From Scenedesmus sp. PABB004 (Eukaryota): 64,000 nt of DNA. The number at the start of each line of letters is the position of its first letter. The first letter of the stretch is position 1. Shown piece after piece: positions 43,735 through 62,000 of this stretch. The notes under the pieces were generated by a model. The model was not told where the DNA came from. It did not search any database and saw only the letters and a program-made list of their open reading frames with translations. The DNA lies in contig JABVCE010000011.1 of the NCBI GenBank assembly GCA_014905635.1, positions 310,001 through 374,000 on the forward strand, in the 5' to 3' direction. Position numbers and translations under genes: made by a program.

Positions 43735-44889
43735 ATGGGGATCGAGCAGGCGAATTACGCAGACGTGTGGCCAGGGAGGCCCGGCACCGCGGCGCAGGCC
43801 AAGGCCCAGGGCCGCCCCGCCAGCACCGCGCACGGCCAGGGCGGGCCCGCACCGAGCAGCGGAACTGGCTTCTGGGTGCCCCGCTACCTGCCCGCCGAGT
43901 ACCGGCGGCGCCGCGCGGCCGCCGCGGCAGCCGCCAACGCGCCGCCGCCGCCGCCGCCGCCGCCGCGGCGCTACGTGGTGCTGGAGCCCCAGCACGCGAG
44001 CCCCCTGGCGTCCAGCGCCGAGAGCCTGGACGCCTGCGCGCTCAGCAGCTTCAGCTTCAGCGGTGGTGCGCTCACGGGCTCGCACGACAGCGCGGCCTCG
44101 CTCGCCTGGAGCAGCGGCGTCTGCGCCGTGCCCACGGGCCGGCTGGACATGCCCGCGCCGCTCGCGCGCGCGCCGGACGAGGGCTTCCAGGGGCGGGGCG
44201 CCCTGGCCGCGCCAGCCTGCGCACCCGACGCGGGTCTGGGCCAGTGCCACCAGCGGTGGTCGGAGCAGCCCGCCGGCGCCAGCCTGGCGCCGCCGGCGCA
44301 CAGCGCGCTCGATGACTGCGCGTACCTGGCCGGCCCGGCGTGCACCACGGCGCTCGACGGCTGCGGCCTGGCCCCCGCGGGCGCCTGGGCCGGCGGCGCG
44401 GGCGACGCCTGGCGCCCCGGCGCGCCGCTGCCGAGCGCCCCCGCCGGCGGCGCCACGCCCGGCGCGCTCTGCGCGGCCCAGGCCGCGGTGGCCGCGGAGC
44501 TGGGCGAGCTCTTTGCAGTGGGGCAGCGCCTCGCTGCGGCGATGGCCGCGGCGCCGGCGGGCTCGCCCGCCGCGGCGACCTGCGCGGCCGCGGTGGAGTC
44601 GTACCAGGTCGCGGTGCGCGCCGCCATGGGCACCAGCGCACGCCTGCAGGCCGCGGCGGCGGCGGCAGCGGTCCCCGGGCCCTGGCGCCTGGCCGTGAGC
44701 GCCCCGCTCGCCCTCGCGGATGCGGCCGGCTGGGGCGGCGGCGGCGGCGGCGCGTCGCTCGTGGCGGGCCTGACACAGGCCGCGTGCAACAGCGTGGCGC
44801 ACGCGAAGCTGGCGGAGCTGGCTGAGATTGACCAGCTGCACCGCCGCGTGCAGGTGGAGCTCATCAGCCTGCTGCCCCACGGCATGTGA
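43735..44889 (+). CDS. Intronless hypothetical protein (384 aa), mostly low complexity, with a GTGFWVP motif and a helical C-terminus
   Basis: GCCATGG start context, strong G/C at third codon positions, ends ...AKLAELAEIDQLHRRVQVELISLLPHGM-TGA. Confidence 0.65.
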   Translation: MGIEQANYADVWPGRPGTAAQAKAQGRPASTAHGQGGPAPSSGTGFWVPRYLPAEYRRRRAAAAAAANAPPPPPPPPRRYVVLEPQHASPLASSAESLDACALSSFSFSGGALTGSHDSAASLAWSSGVCAVPTGRLDMPAPLARAPDEGFQGRGALAAPACAPDAGLGQCHQRWSEQPAGASLAPPAHSALDDCAYLAGPACTTALDGCGLAPAGAWAGGAGDAWRPGAPLPSAPAGGATPGALCAAQAAVAAELGELFAVGQRLAAAMAAAPAGSPAAATCAAAVESYQVAVRAAMGTSARLQAAAAAAAVPGPWRLAVSAPLALADAAGWGGGGGGASLVAGLTQAACNSVAHAKLAELAEIDQLHRRVQVELISLLPHGM

Positions 44890-45902
44890 GGCCGGTGGGG
44901 CGGCGGTGCGCGGCGACCAGCGAGTCGCGTGCGCGCAGCCGGCCAGACGGCCGCCCAGGTCTCCGCCAGAGCGCACGCTCTGCCGCGCACTTGACTGCCG
45001 CACCGCGCGGGCGGCGCGTGCCGGCCGACGTATATATGGCGCCATGCGCGTCGGCGGGGCGCTCTGCCCCGCCGCAGCACTTGGCACCCCAGCATTGCGC
45101 AGCCGCGGCGTTCCGCGTGGCCAGCCATGCAACGCATGCCGCGTTTGTGGTTGTGGGGCGTTCCGTCCCATCAGCACTGAGCAGGTGCACCCAGGGGTGC
45201 CCTGATCGCTTCGCAGACCTGGCGCCTGGCCTTCTGCGCGGTGTGGCGCCGCGCGCCGGCCGCGCGGTCGGTCTCGCCGCGGACTGCCGGCGCACTGCCC
45301 CCCCCCCCCCCGCCCAAACCAAACCCGTAGCGCATGCTCGCAAACGTGGTGTCTGTAGCGCATGCGTGCGAGCGATGTGACGTGTTTGTGTTGTGTTCTT
45401 CTTCAGAAAACAACACTCGTTGGCGCGCCAGCTTTGCGCGCCGCCGCTCCACGCCGTCGTGGGGCTGCCGCTCACCACCACCCAGGGTGTTACGTACTGA
45501 GCTTTGCCCCGGTCTCGTCTCGTGTTGCATCATCTCGTGTTGCATTGTGGCGTGCTGCTCGTGCTGCCTCAGAAAAAGAAGAAAAGAAGAAAGCAAGGCT
45601 GCTCACAACAACACACCGGTGTGTTGTTGTGGTACCACGCCCGCGCGACGCACGCTCTGATCAAAGAAGGCAGCAGGACGGATGGGGACGGAGGGGGACT
45701 CGGAACGCCGCGCTCGCCCGCGAACAACAACGCGCGCCGCCGCCGCGCCTAGAATCGCGGCGGCGGCGCGCCCCCGGCGAGCGCGGCCATGCATGGGGAT
45801 GATGATGATGATGACGATGTGTGTGCGGCGCATCAACGCGCGCTCTAACCTGTGCAGCGCCCTCGGGAGATCGGCTGGAAGGTGCCCTGGACGTGGCGCC
45901 CT

Positions 45903-45964
45903 CAGGAGGTGGCGATCAGTGCTCCGTCTGGGCGCCCCGCAGGAGGTGGCGATCAGTGCTCCGT
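45903..45964. repeat. Exact 25-nt direct repeat, 2 copies, 37-nt period
   Basis: caggaggtggcgatcagtgctccgt at 45903-45927 and 45940-45964. Confidence 0.85.
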
Positions 45965-46168
45965 TTGGTAATGTGCGCTCGGGGGGCGCTTGCTACCTCT
46001 GGTTCTTCTTGCGTGGGGAGGGGGTTGCTACCGCGTCCTGGCTCTCCGTCTTGCTCTGTGGGGCGCTCGGCATACCTTATTGTGCCGTTCAAAAAACGGT
46101 GTCGGTCCCGTTTACGTGTCTTCTTCCTACGAACGTTTTCAGTTGCCATTGCAACTGGTTTGGCTGCA

Positions 46169-46196
46169 GCCGATTGGTTGCGGCCGATTGGTTGCG
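46169..46196. promoter_or_regulatory. Tandem 14-nt repeat with two reverse CCAAT boxes upstream of the AP2 gene
   Basis: gccgattggttgcg twice (ATTGG is CCAAT on the - strand), about 470 nt before ATG 46665. Confidence 0.45.
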
Positions 46197-46664
46197 GCGG
46201 CCCAGCGCGCGGATCGGCCCTCGGCACGCTTTCACACTCTTCATGCGCGCGCATGAAGCGCGCGGCGCCGATGGCCAGCGCAGCTCCCGTGCTGGCGGCA
46301 GCCGCCGGGGAAGGGGGTGCATGATGTGGTGATGTCGCCTCAATAACAGACTGCACGACCCCTGCGCCGCCGCCGCTCAGCGCCGATCACCACACCGATC
46401 GTCAGCAGGGCGAGTCTCCTGCGCGCCCGCACGCCGTGCCGAGGCGCACGCGCGGGATCGCGGACGCCCGCACCTGCCGCGCGCGGCGGCGCCGGCGGTG
46501 CGCCGCGGCCGCGCCGGGGCGCGGTCGCGAGCGCCCGCATTCCGGGGGTGCTCACGCGCCGGCAGGGGCCGCCGTGTGGGCCCTCGGCGCGGCGCCGCCA
46601 ACCGCCGCTGCGCCGGCACCGGCGCGCGCCGCGCCGCAGGGCCGCAGGGCCGGGCTGGCGGGCC

Positions 46665-49869
<3,205 letters not shown>

Positions 49870-50386
49870 CATGGCCAACCCACAGGCGCTGGGGGCGGCC
49901 AGCCCGGGTGCAGCCAAGCCGCCGCTGCCGCGCGCGGCGCTGCCAGCGCCGGTGCCGCTCGGCGCCAGCGCGGCGGGGGTTGCGCAGGAGCCCCGCCCGC
50001 GTGCGGGCGGCGGCAGCGGCGGCGGCGGCGGCCCGATCGCAAGTGCGCGCGCTGCCGTGACGGCGCTGTCGCCCGCCGGCTCTGGCACGGCGCTGCTGCT
50101 GGCGGCCGAGCCGACGCCAGGCGCCGGCGGCGCCGGCCAGGGCTGAGGTGCCTGCTGCTCGGCGTGCAAGCAGGACTGCGTCGCGTCAGCTGAGCCTGAG
50201 CGCACGCCTGAGCGTGCCGCGCGCTGTGTGCGGTGCTGCTGTCTGCCCGCTGTCCACCGGGCGCGGTCCTGCGAGTTGTGAGAGTTGTTGTCACACGGCT
50301 GGCGTGAGAACAGTCGGCCGGCATGCGCCCGCTGAATAACAGCTAACAGAGCTGTTAGCGACTGCAACGACGGCGCAGGCGCGCGG

Positions 50387-51292
50387 TCAGGTCACCCGCG
50401 CCGCCTTGCGCCCCTGCGGCCGCCCCGCGCCGCCGCCCGCGTCCGCGCCGCTCGTCAGCGGCAGTGGCGGCGCCTGCGCCTGCGCCTGCGCCTCGCCCGC
50501 CGCGCCCGCGCCCGCCAGCGCGGCTGGCGGCGCCGCGCCGCCGCCGAGCTGCTCGGCGCCGCGCTTGCGTGCCGCCTTGGCCGCGGCCTTGGCGGCCCTG
50601 GCCGCGGCCTTGCCCCGCAGCGCCGCGCGCGTCGCCTCCATGGCCTCCGCGCCGCGCGCGAGCGCGAGCACCTCGCCGCTGTCAAACGGCACGCTGCAGA
50701 CCGGGCAGCGCGCCGGGCCGCCGCCCTCCGCGCCAGCCAGCCCCGCGAGCGCCTTGTCCGAGATAACGTGGCCACAGGGCTTCAGCGCCGAGAACGGCTG
50801 CCCGCCACCGCACGGCAGCGCGGTCACGGGGCAGACCCAGGCGGCCGCGTCCGCCTGCGCGGCGCCGCCCAGCTGCTGCCGCGCCTGCTGCTCGGGGTCG
50901 GGCGTGAGCTGCAGCGCGACGACGTCGCGCACCGAGCGCAGGTGATCCCACGCGCCGCCGCCCGCGCGCTGCGCGTTGGCGTAGCGCAGCGCGGCCGCCT
51001 CGTCGCCGGCGCCGAGCGCAGACCGGGCGGCCAGCAGGTGCTCCAGCACGGCGGCCCGGTTGAGCAGCTGCCCCAGCGCGTCCGCCACGATCGGCGGCGA
51101 CAGCGGCACGCCCGACAGCGCGCAGCAGGTCCACAGGATGCGGCGCCGCGCGGCCGCGTCGAGGTGCGGCGGCGAGTAGGTCCCCACGTTGCCGCCGCGC
51201 GACGAGCGCGAGCCGTCGGCCTGCGCCAGGCGCCACGATGCGCCGCGGAGGACGTCGGAGCGGCTGATCTTGGTGCCGCCGTCGAGCCCCAT
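50387..51292 (-). CDS. RTF2: Replication termination factor 2 (Rtf2 RING-like) homolog, intronless
   Basis: MGLDGGT start, WTCCALSGVPLSPPIVADALGQLLNRAAVLEHLL, CPVT, PCGHVISDKAL, CPVCSVPF; basic C-terminus. Confidence 0.9.
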   Translation of the reverse strand: MGLDGGTKISRSDVLRGASWRLAQADGSRSSRGGNVGTYSPPHLDAAARRRILWTCCALSGVPLSPPIVADALGQLLNRAAVLEHLLAARSALGAGDEAAALRYANAQRAGGGAWDHLRSVRDVVALQLTPDPEQQARQQLGGAAQADAAAWVCPVTALPCGGGQPFSALKPCGHVISDKALAGLAGAEGGGPARCPVCSVPFDSGEVLALARGAEAMEATRAALRGKAAARAAKAAAKAARKRGAEQLGGGAAPPAALAGAGAAGEAQAQAQAPPLPLTSGADAGGGAGRPQGRKAARVT

Positions 51293-51630
51293 CCCTGGTG
51301 CTGGCGGCGGTGCTGGTGCTGCTGGTGCGTGCGGCGGTACTGGTGCGTGCGTGCGGCCTGGTGTGTTGGGCGGACGGGGAAGTTGGTGGAGGGGCCGTGC
51401 TTGGAGCTCGGTTGTCGCCGCCGCCGCGGCGCTGTCAGTCGGGGTCTTCGCGCGCTGCGCCGCCGCGCTGCCACCTGCTCCCCGCCTGCCCACGCGTCAC
51501 GCAGTCACAGAGCACCACGTCTGACCGCTGGGTACGGGCAGCAACGGCGGCAGGCCGTCGCTGCTCGTGCCGCTGCTCGTGCGCGCCGCCCGTCGCTGCC
51601 GCCGCGGCGCCAGCCGGGCCGCCCCGCGCC

Positions 51631-54234
<2,604 letters not shown>

Positions 54235-54436
54235 CGACGGCGCCGTGCCCCGCGCGCGCTGCGCGGGCGAGCCGCCAGCTGGCGCGCGCCTGCGCTGCGC
54301 GTGCTGCGTCTGTGCGGTCCGGTCAGGCGCGCGGGGCCGAGCAGCAGTGGGCTGTGCGCCCGAGGGCGGAGGCGCGGTGCTCGGTCCCGCAGTGACGCTT
54401 GCTGCAGCTGCAACAAGCAGCGCCGCGCCGAGCCCG

Positions 54437-55429
54437 TCAGCCCTCCGCGCCGCTGCCGCCGCCGCTTCTCACGCGCCACGCCGCGACGTCCGTGGCCACC
54501 CAGGCGAGCGTCTCGTCGGCGCGCGTGTCGTCGGCGTACAGCGTGAGGCGCGGCTCGTAGCGCTTCAGCGCCGCCGCCTCCTCGCGGCCTAGCCGCCCGC
54601 TGTCGCCGCAGCCGCCGGCGTGCGCCGGCGCGGCGAGGTCGGCGAGCAGCTCCGCCAGCACCTCGTCGGCGCCGCGCCCGCCCACGTCCACCCACCTGCG
54701 GCGCCGGGCGCGGCGGCGGGCGGGGTGCGCTCAGCGCTCTGCCTGCCAGCCCCGCCCGGCCCTGGGCTCACCGAGCACGCGGCCGGCCCGCGCGCGCTTC
54801 AAGCGCTCAACAAAACCCTCGGACCCACTTGAACAGCGGGTCATCCCGGAACCACGTGGTCTGGCGCTTCACCAGGTTGCGCGACGCCGTCGCGACGTCC
54901 AGCACGAGCTGGCGCAGCGCGCCGCGCGTCGCGCCGCCGTCGGCGCGCGCGGCGGCCATGAACGCGACCGCCTGGCGGTACCCAATCGCGCGCGTCGACA
55001 CGTGGCTGCCGGGCGACAGCCCCGCGTCGAGCAGCGCGGCCGCCTCAGCGAGCAGCCCGCCGGCGACCTACGGCGCGCGGCGGCGGCCGCGGCGGCAGCG
55101 GCTGCGTGTGGGACGCAGGGGCGACCAACTGCTGCCGCCGCAGCGCTGCGCCCCGGGAGCACAGCGCGCGCACCATCTCCTCCACGCGCGCCACGATGCG
55201 ATCAAACAGCTCCAGCCGCGGGCGGTGCAGGAAGAAGCACCTGCGACGCGCCGGCGGCGGCCGCAACACGCGGCGGTCGGCGCCGGCGGCTGGCTGGCGG
55301 CGGGCCCCCGCTGCGGCGCGGCGCTGCGGGGGTGCCGCGGCGGCCTGCCAGGCCAGGCCGCACCTGAAGTCGTAGTCCAGCGGCCGCCCCGTGTCCACGT
55401 CGAGCGCGCTCAGCGGCACGCCGCCGTTC

Positions 55430-55495
<66 letters not shown>

Positions 55496-55802
55496 AGGGC
55501 GCGCTGGGCGTGCGCGGCGGGGCCGCGCGCTCATGCGCGTGCCGCCGGCCGCCGGCAGCCAGCACAAGGCGCCAGCCGCCGCACCTGCAGCAGGATCTGC
55601 AGCACGCGCTGGACGCGATACCAGTTGTTGCGCTCACCGCGGATGCGCTCGGCGGTCGACGGGTCGCCGAGCGCTGCCACTGCGTCGACCGCGACGTCCC
55701 ACCGCGCGTCGTCGCCCAGCGCCGCGGCGGCCGCCGCGGCCGCGGGGCTGAGCGGCGCGCTGAGCTGCGGCGGCTGTGGCAGCTCCAGCCCCGCTGCCTG
55801 CC

Positions 55803-55856
<54 letters not shown>

Positions 55857-56880
55857 CCTGCTGCTGCTGCGGCTCCGGCTGCTGCGGCTCCTGCTCCTGC
55901 TGCTGATGCTGCTGCTGCTCCTGCTGCTGCTGCTGCTGCTCCTGCTGCGCCTGCTGCGCCCCGCCGCCGCCGCGCCGCGCCGCGGCGGCGTCGACCCAGG
56001 CGCGCTCTATGATCTCCTGCGCCGCCGCCGCCGCGCCGGGGCTGCTCGCGGGCGTGGCTGCTTTGCCAAATATGAACCACCGGAGGTAGAAGCCGGTGCC
56101 GCCGACCACGATGGGGACCTTACCGCGCTGCGTGTGTGTGTGTGTGTGGTGGGGGCGGAGCGAGGGAGGGAGCGAGGGAGGGGGAGAGAGAGAGGGAGTG
56201 AGATGGAGAGGGGGGCGCGTGAGGTGTGTGGGGCGCCGCCGGTGTCGCGCTGCGGCGGCCGCGGGCGGGCGGTCGGCATGGGCGCGCACCGCGATCACGT
56301 CGTCCGCCGCCGCGCGCGCGAGCTGCGCAAAGTCTCCCGCGCTGAACTCGTCGGCCGGGTCCAGCACGTCGATCAGGTGGTGCGGGATGCCCCGCCGCTG
56401 CGCCGGCGGCAGCTGCGGCGGCGGCGCGGCGCGGCCGGTCGCCGGCGTGCGCGCCGCCCCCCCCCCCCCCCCCCCCCCCCGCGCGGGGCTGGGCGCAAGC
56501 GCGCGCGCGCCGGCGGGCGCGCACGCGCGCGGGCGGGCGCGTGGCGCGGCATGGCACCAGGCGCGCGCCTTGTCGGAGCCGACGTCCAGGCCGTGATACA
56601 CCTGCACGCTGTCGGCGCTGATCACCTCGCCGCCCAGGCGCTCCGCGAGCGCGAGGCTCAGCGCCGTCTTGCCGGCCGCGGTGGGGCCGGTGATGACGAC
56701 AACGCGCGGCGCGCCCGGCGCCGGCGGCGCCCAGAGCGGCGGCGCCGCCGCCTGCTGCGCGCCGGCCGCCGCGCACGCGGCGCGCGCGCGCGGCGGCGGT
56801 GGGCGCGCGCGCGCGCCGCGCGGCATCGCAGGGGCGGCGGCGGCGGCGGCGACTGTTCGCATGAGGCGGGCCAGCAGCAT
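54437..56880 (-). CDS. miaA: tRNA dimethylallyltransferase (MiaA/IPT9-like) with organellar presequence and poly-Gln insertion, multi-exon
   Basis: [89 protein letters not shown]. Confidence 0.95.
55431..55494. repeat. (GGC)n microsatellite in a tRNA-IPT intron
   Basis: Directly visible, about 21 units. Confidence 0.9.
55804..55957 (-). repeat. Exonic (CAG)n-rich repeat encoding poly-Gln in tRNA-IPT
   Basis: (CTG)n on the + strand, in frame between GGTGFYLRW and DPSTAERI with no flanking splice sites evident. Confidence 0.85.
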
Positions 56881-57351
56881 GCGGTGGCCCGGCTCGGCCG
56901 CGCGGCGCGTGTGCGCCGGGAGGCACCGGCGCTGCTGCCGGCGGCGCCGGGCGGCGCTGCTGCTGCTCCGGCGGCGGCGGCGTGGTTGTGCGGCAGTCAG
57001 GGGCCTCAGGGGCCGCGTTGCAGCAGCACCGCGCCGCCGCGTCACGACGGCAGCGGCGGCGTCCGCTGGAGTGCCTGCCGCATCCGGCTGCGCCCCGCCG
57101 CCCGCCGCCTCGCCCGCAGTCCCCACACACGGTCCGCCCGCACCAGCGCGCTCAGCACCGCCCGCCCCCATCCCCGGCTCTGCGCGCCCGCTCCTGGCGC
57201 CGCGCGCCGCGCTGCCGTGCCACGGCGACGCTCCCCGGCCTGATCCGCGACCGGGGACCACGCCCAGCGCGCGCCAGCCCCGCGGGCGGCCCCGCACGCG
57301 AGCCGGCGGCCGCCGCTGCTGCTGATTGCGCGCGCCCGCGGCGGCGCCGCC

Positions 57352-58568
57352 ATGTCGTCCAAGCCCGCCGGGGCGCCGCTGGCGCTGGAGTACCACGGCC
57401 GCGCGGCGGCGGTGGGGCACTGGCGGCGGGGGCAGGAGCTGATCGACGCGCTCGCGTACATCGACCCCCTCACGCCCGACGTCAAGAGCGCCGTCGACGC
57501 GCTGATCGAGGAGGAGATGCGCCGCAGCGCCAAGCGCCCCGCCGACTACCTCAAGGACCTGCCCCCCGTGCCGGCGCCCAAGTTTGAGGGCCACCCCGCG
57601 CTCGCCGCGGAGTATGCGCGGTGCGGCGCGGCGCACCGGCGCCGCCGCGGCCGCCTCTCACGGCGCCCGCGACCGCCCGCGACCGTGCTCACGGTCCCCT
57701 GACGCCGCCCGCTGCGCCCGCTGCGGCCACACCGCAGGGTTGAGAAGATGGAGCCCATGCAGCAGCTGGACACGACGCGCTACAGGCTGGACCCGCCGCC
57801 GCAGGTGGCCGCCGGCCCGGCGGCGGCGCGCGCTGGCAGCTCAGCGGGGCGGGGCGGCCCCGGCGGCCCCCCCGCCGCCCCGCGCGCGCCTCACCGCCGC
57901 CGCCCGCCCGCCCGCCGCGCGCGCAGGCCAAGCGCAACGACCAGGCCGCGTGGGCCGCCGCCGCGGGCAACGCGCACGCGCAGCTGGAGCACCAGCTGAA
58001 CCGCGTGACCAACATCGAGCTGCTGGTCAAGTACGGCGCCAACGCGTGGCGCGCGCAGGGCGCGCTCGACGAGGCCCTGCTCAAGCAGCTGGAGGCCGCG
58101 CTCGCCGCGCTGCGCAAGTGCGCCGCGCCGCCGCGCGGCCCCCTGTTGCTGCGCTGCGCCCCGCCGGCCGCGCGTCGCGCGCCGCCGACCCGCGCGGCGT
58201 GCCCCGCCGCCCGCGGCGCCGCAGGCAGATCGACGCGCTGAACCGCGACCGCAAGCTGCAGCAGAGCAAGGCGGGCGCGGAGCTGCGCACGCTGGAGGAC
58301 AAGTGCGCGGCGGCGGCGGCGGCGCGGGGCCGGCGCGAGCGCGCCGTGCTGCGCGCGGCCTCGGCCAGCCTGCCTCGCTCGACCTGAGCACCCTGACGCC
58401 GCCGCCACGCCGCTCGCAGGTACTACAGCGCGCTGCGCAAGAACCTGGAGATCGACTCGGCCTGCGCGGCCGTCGCGGAGGAGATGGCCCGGCTGGAGGC
58501 GCAGGTCGCGGCGCTCGGCGGCGGCGGCGGCGCGCAGCAGCAGCAGGCCAACGGCGCGGCGGACGCGG

Positions 58569-58605
<37 letters not shown>

Positions 58606-58630
58606 GGCGGCGGAGGCGATGGAGCAGTGA
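57352..58630 (+). CDS. BCAS2: Pre-mRNA splicing factor SPF27/BCAS2/MOS4, 5 exons
   Basis: [82 protein letters not shown] 58628-58630. Confidence 0.95.
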
Positions 58631-59002
58631 GGCGGCTGTTGCCGCTGCTGGGGCAACGCCCGACCGCCGGCGCCTGGTCCGTTCTGCCGCGCGAGGGCAG
58701 CACACACGCGCAACAGCACACAGCGCCCTGCTCCATGCAGTACGTTCGCACAAGCTCTGCCTCTGCCTGCAAATCGCCTGACCTGTTGAGACCACCGCCC
58801 ACCGCGGCGGCAGGCCCGGGTGTGCAGGCAAGGGCCTGCCCGGGCCGCTGCGCCGCGCACTGTGGCGCCTGCACAACTCGCATGAGGCCGAGGCCGTCCT
58901 GCTCTAGACACGCCCTGGCATCAATGCGCGCCCTGGCCCACAGCCTGAACACGCCCCCGGTTGTCTGCCCCCGCTGCCCTCGCACCACGCCTCGCGCGCG
59001 CG

Positions 59003-62000
59003 TCACGCCGCGCCGCAGGGCCGCGCCCAGTCGGGGGCCCAGGTAAGGACGGCGGCGATGAGCCACTCGCGGCTGAACAGGGGCCAGCCCCGCGGCAGGC
59101 CCACGCGGCGCGCCCAGGCCAGGTCGTCCGCGCGCACGCCGGCCTCGTCCGCGGCGGCCAGCACCAGCAAGCGCTCGCCGCCGCCCGCCGCCGCCACCCC
59201 CGCGGCCGGCTGCGCGCGCTCGCGCTCCAGCCGCAGCAGCTCCTCCGCCGAGGGCAGCACAACGCCGCCCGCGGCGGTGATCAGCAGCCGCAGGCTGTCG
59301 CCGCCGTCTGCCGCGCCCGCCAGCAGCCCGGGCGACAGCAAGCAGCTCAAGCCTGCGCGCAAGCGGCACGGCAAGCTGTGCAGGCGGCAGCGGCGGCAGC
59401 GCGAGCGCGCGCGCGCTGGCGCGAGCGCGCACCCGTCAGCAGCGCGCGGCCCTTGGCCGCCGCCGCAGCGGCCGCCGCGTGCGTCGCCTCGAGGCTCGCG
59501 CCGCCGCCAAACGGCCGCATCAGCGCGTCGTCGCGCAGAAGGTGGTGGCACGGCGCGACCCACGTGCCCGCGTCCCTGCGCGGCGGCACGGCCGCGCGGC
59601 AGCACGGCAGCGAGCAGTCAGCGCCCGGCCCCTGGCGGCTGCGCGGTGGCGGCGCGCGCGCCGCGGCGGCGCGCGCGCCGCGGCGGCGGGCCGGCTCACT
59701 CGCACGCTGCAACCCAGCTCTCCGCCGCGACGACCGGCACGCCGCGCGCGAGGGCGAGGAGGAGCTTCAGGGACTTGGACGTGCGGCCGGCAGTCGCGGC
59801 GAGGTGTGTGACCGCCAGGTCTGTGGGCGCCTCCGCCACGCGGCCGCCGAGCGACGCCGCCAGGCGGCGGCCGCGCGCCTGCACGTCCTTGCTCACGCCG
59901 GTCGCAAAACTCAGCACGACCGACTGCGACGGCGCCGCGCGCCGCGGGGACGGCGCGCCGGCCGCGGCGCGGACCGCGGCCGCGGTCGCCGGCGACAGCG
60001 GCGCGCGGCCGCGGCGCGCGCAGCCGCGGCTGCTGCTGCCCGGCTCGGCGGCGTGCTGCGGCGGAGAGCTGGCGCCCGCGGCCGCAGCCGCGGCGCCGTC
60101 CTCGCCGCCGGCGCGTGGGCTGGCGGGGTCGCCGCCGTCCGGCGCCGCGCCCTCGTCGCCGCTGCCCGCGAGCTGCTGGCTCGGCCGCGCCCCGCCGGAG
60201 CTCTTGCGCGAGGTGAGCTTGCGCACGCTGTGGTGCGCGTCTGCGCTGCCGCCCAGCGCCTCGGAGTGGCCGCCGCTGAGCGCCTCGGGGAAGGGGCACA
60301 CGGGGAAGCTGTCGCAGCGCGCGTGCGCCGCCGCTGCGGCAGCAGGCTCTGCCGCCTCCAGCCGCGCCTGCTTTGCTGCCCGGGCAACCTCCGGCGGCTC
60401 CACTGCGGCTGCTGCCGGCGCTGCCTCCTCGCCTGCTGCATTGGGCGGCCCCTGCTGCTCGCCTGCTGCTGCGTTTGTCAGCAGCTGCCCCCCGAGGCCG
60501 CGCTTGCTGCCGGTGACCGGCGCGGGTGCGGTGCCCCCCGGCAGCGCCTCCGCTGGCCGCTGCTGCTCCTGCTCGTGCGCCTGCTGCGCCTCCAGCAGCT
60601 GCGCCTCCTGCAACTCCGGCGCCTCGCTCCGTGCGCAACGGTCGGCGAGCCAGCTGCCGCCGCGGCCGCCCCGCCTGCTGCCGCCCGGCGGCGCGCCGCC
60701 GCGGCCCCTGCCGCGGCCCCCGGCCCTGCCCCTGCTGGGGGGCGTCGTGGCGACCACCGTGATGCCCAGCTGCGCGAGCAGCTCAGCGTCCGCGCCCGGC
60801 GCGCCCCAGAGCGCGGGGTGCGCCGCCGCCTGGCTAAACTCCACGCCGCTCGTGTAGTCCTCGCCGATGCCCTTCTGGCCCGCGTTGCTGCGGCTGGAGC
60901 GCCGCAGACCGGCCGCGTCTGGGCGCGGGGGCGGCGGCGGCGGCGTGGCGCTGCCGCCGTCGCTGCCGCCCCTGCCGCGCTTCCTGCCCGCGCCGCACAA
61001 CGGGTCAGCTGCGGCCGCGCCGGCGCGGCCGCCGCCCCTGCCCCTGCCGCCACGGCCTCTGCCGCCGGCGCCCCTGCCGCGCGTGGCGGCCGCCGCCCTG
61101 GCGACGGGCTGCGCGCCGGGCGAGTCGCCGCCCGCCGCTGCCGGCAGCTGGCAGTGCCACAGCGGCAGCTGGTCGTCAGCCGCGCCCACGCAGAGCGCCC
61201 TGAGCGTTGCAGCGCCGCGGCGGCCGCCCGTGTCTGGCGTCGTGGCTGTGGCGTCCAAGCTGAGCAGCGCGTGCAGCCCCTCCGCCGCCAGCTGCGTGCC
61301 TGCGCCGACCGCGCCGGGCGAGGGCGAGTGCGCCCCCGGGGCGTCCGCCGCATCGCACTCGTCAAAGCGCGGCACGCGCGGCACGACGCGCGCTGCCGGC
61401 GTGCCCCCTGCGCCCGCTCCTGCTGCACCGGCCTCCGCCTGCCGGTCGGCCGGCGGCTGCCGCGCCGCGCCGTCCAGCGGCGTGTCTGTCAAGCTGCCCG
61501 CCAGGCGGGCGGCCAGCACCCCGGCGGCCTGAAACGCAGCCCCAACCTGCTGGCTGGTCGGCGGGCCCTGGCTGGGGCTGGCCGCGGAGACGGCCGTCGC
61601 TGCTGCCCCGGGCGGCAGCGCAGCAGGCGCTGCCCCGGTCGTGCTGGCGGCCAGCTCCTGCTGCTGCGGCTGCTGCGGCTGCGGCTGCGACCGCTCTCCC
61701 AGCGAGTGCGGCAGCTGGCGCACGACCGGCTGGCTGGTGCCGCTGGCGCCGGGCGCGGCCGCCGCGGCGCGGCTCAGCAGCAGCTCGACAAAATCGTCCT
61801 GCTCCTGCGTGGCGCCTGCGCGGCTGCCCGGCGCTGGGCCCGGCACCTGTCGCTGGCGGCTGCTGGCGTCCTCGCCGCACCCCGCCGGCGCCGCGCACGG
61901 CTCGGTCGCCTGCGTGCTGCTGCTGCCTGTCAGGCTGGCGCTGGCGACCGGGCTGGCCTCCTGCTGCGGCAGTGCTGCGCCCGCCGGCTCTGCGCCCGCC

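Noticed and set aside
45903..45964. 25-nt direct repeat as a mini-CRISPR
   Set aside because: Only two copies with a 12-nt gap, and similarity extends into the flanks; it is a simple tandem duplication.
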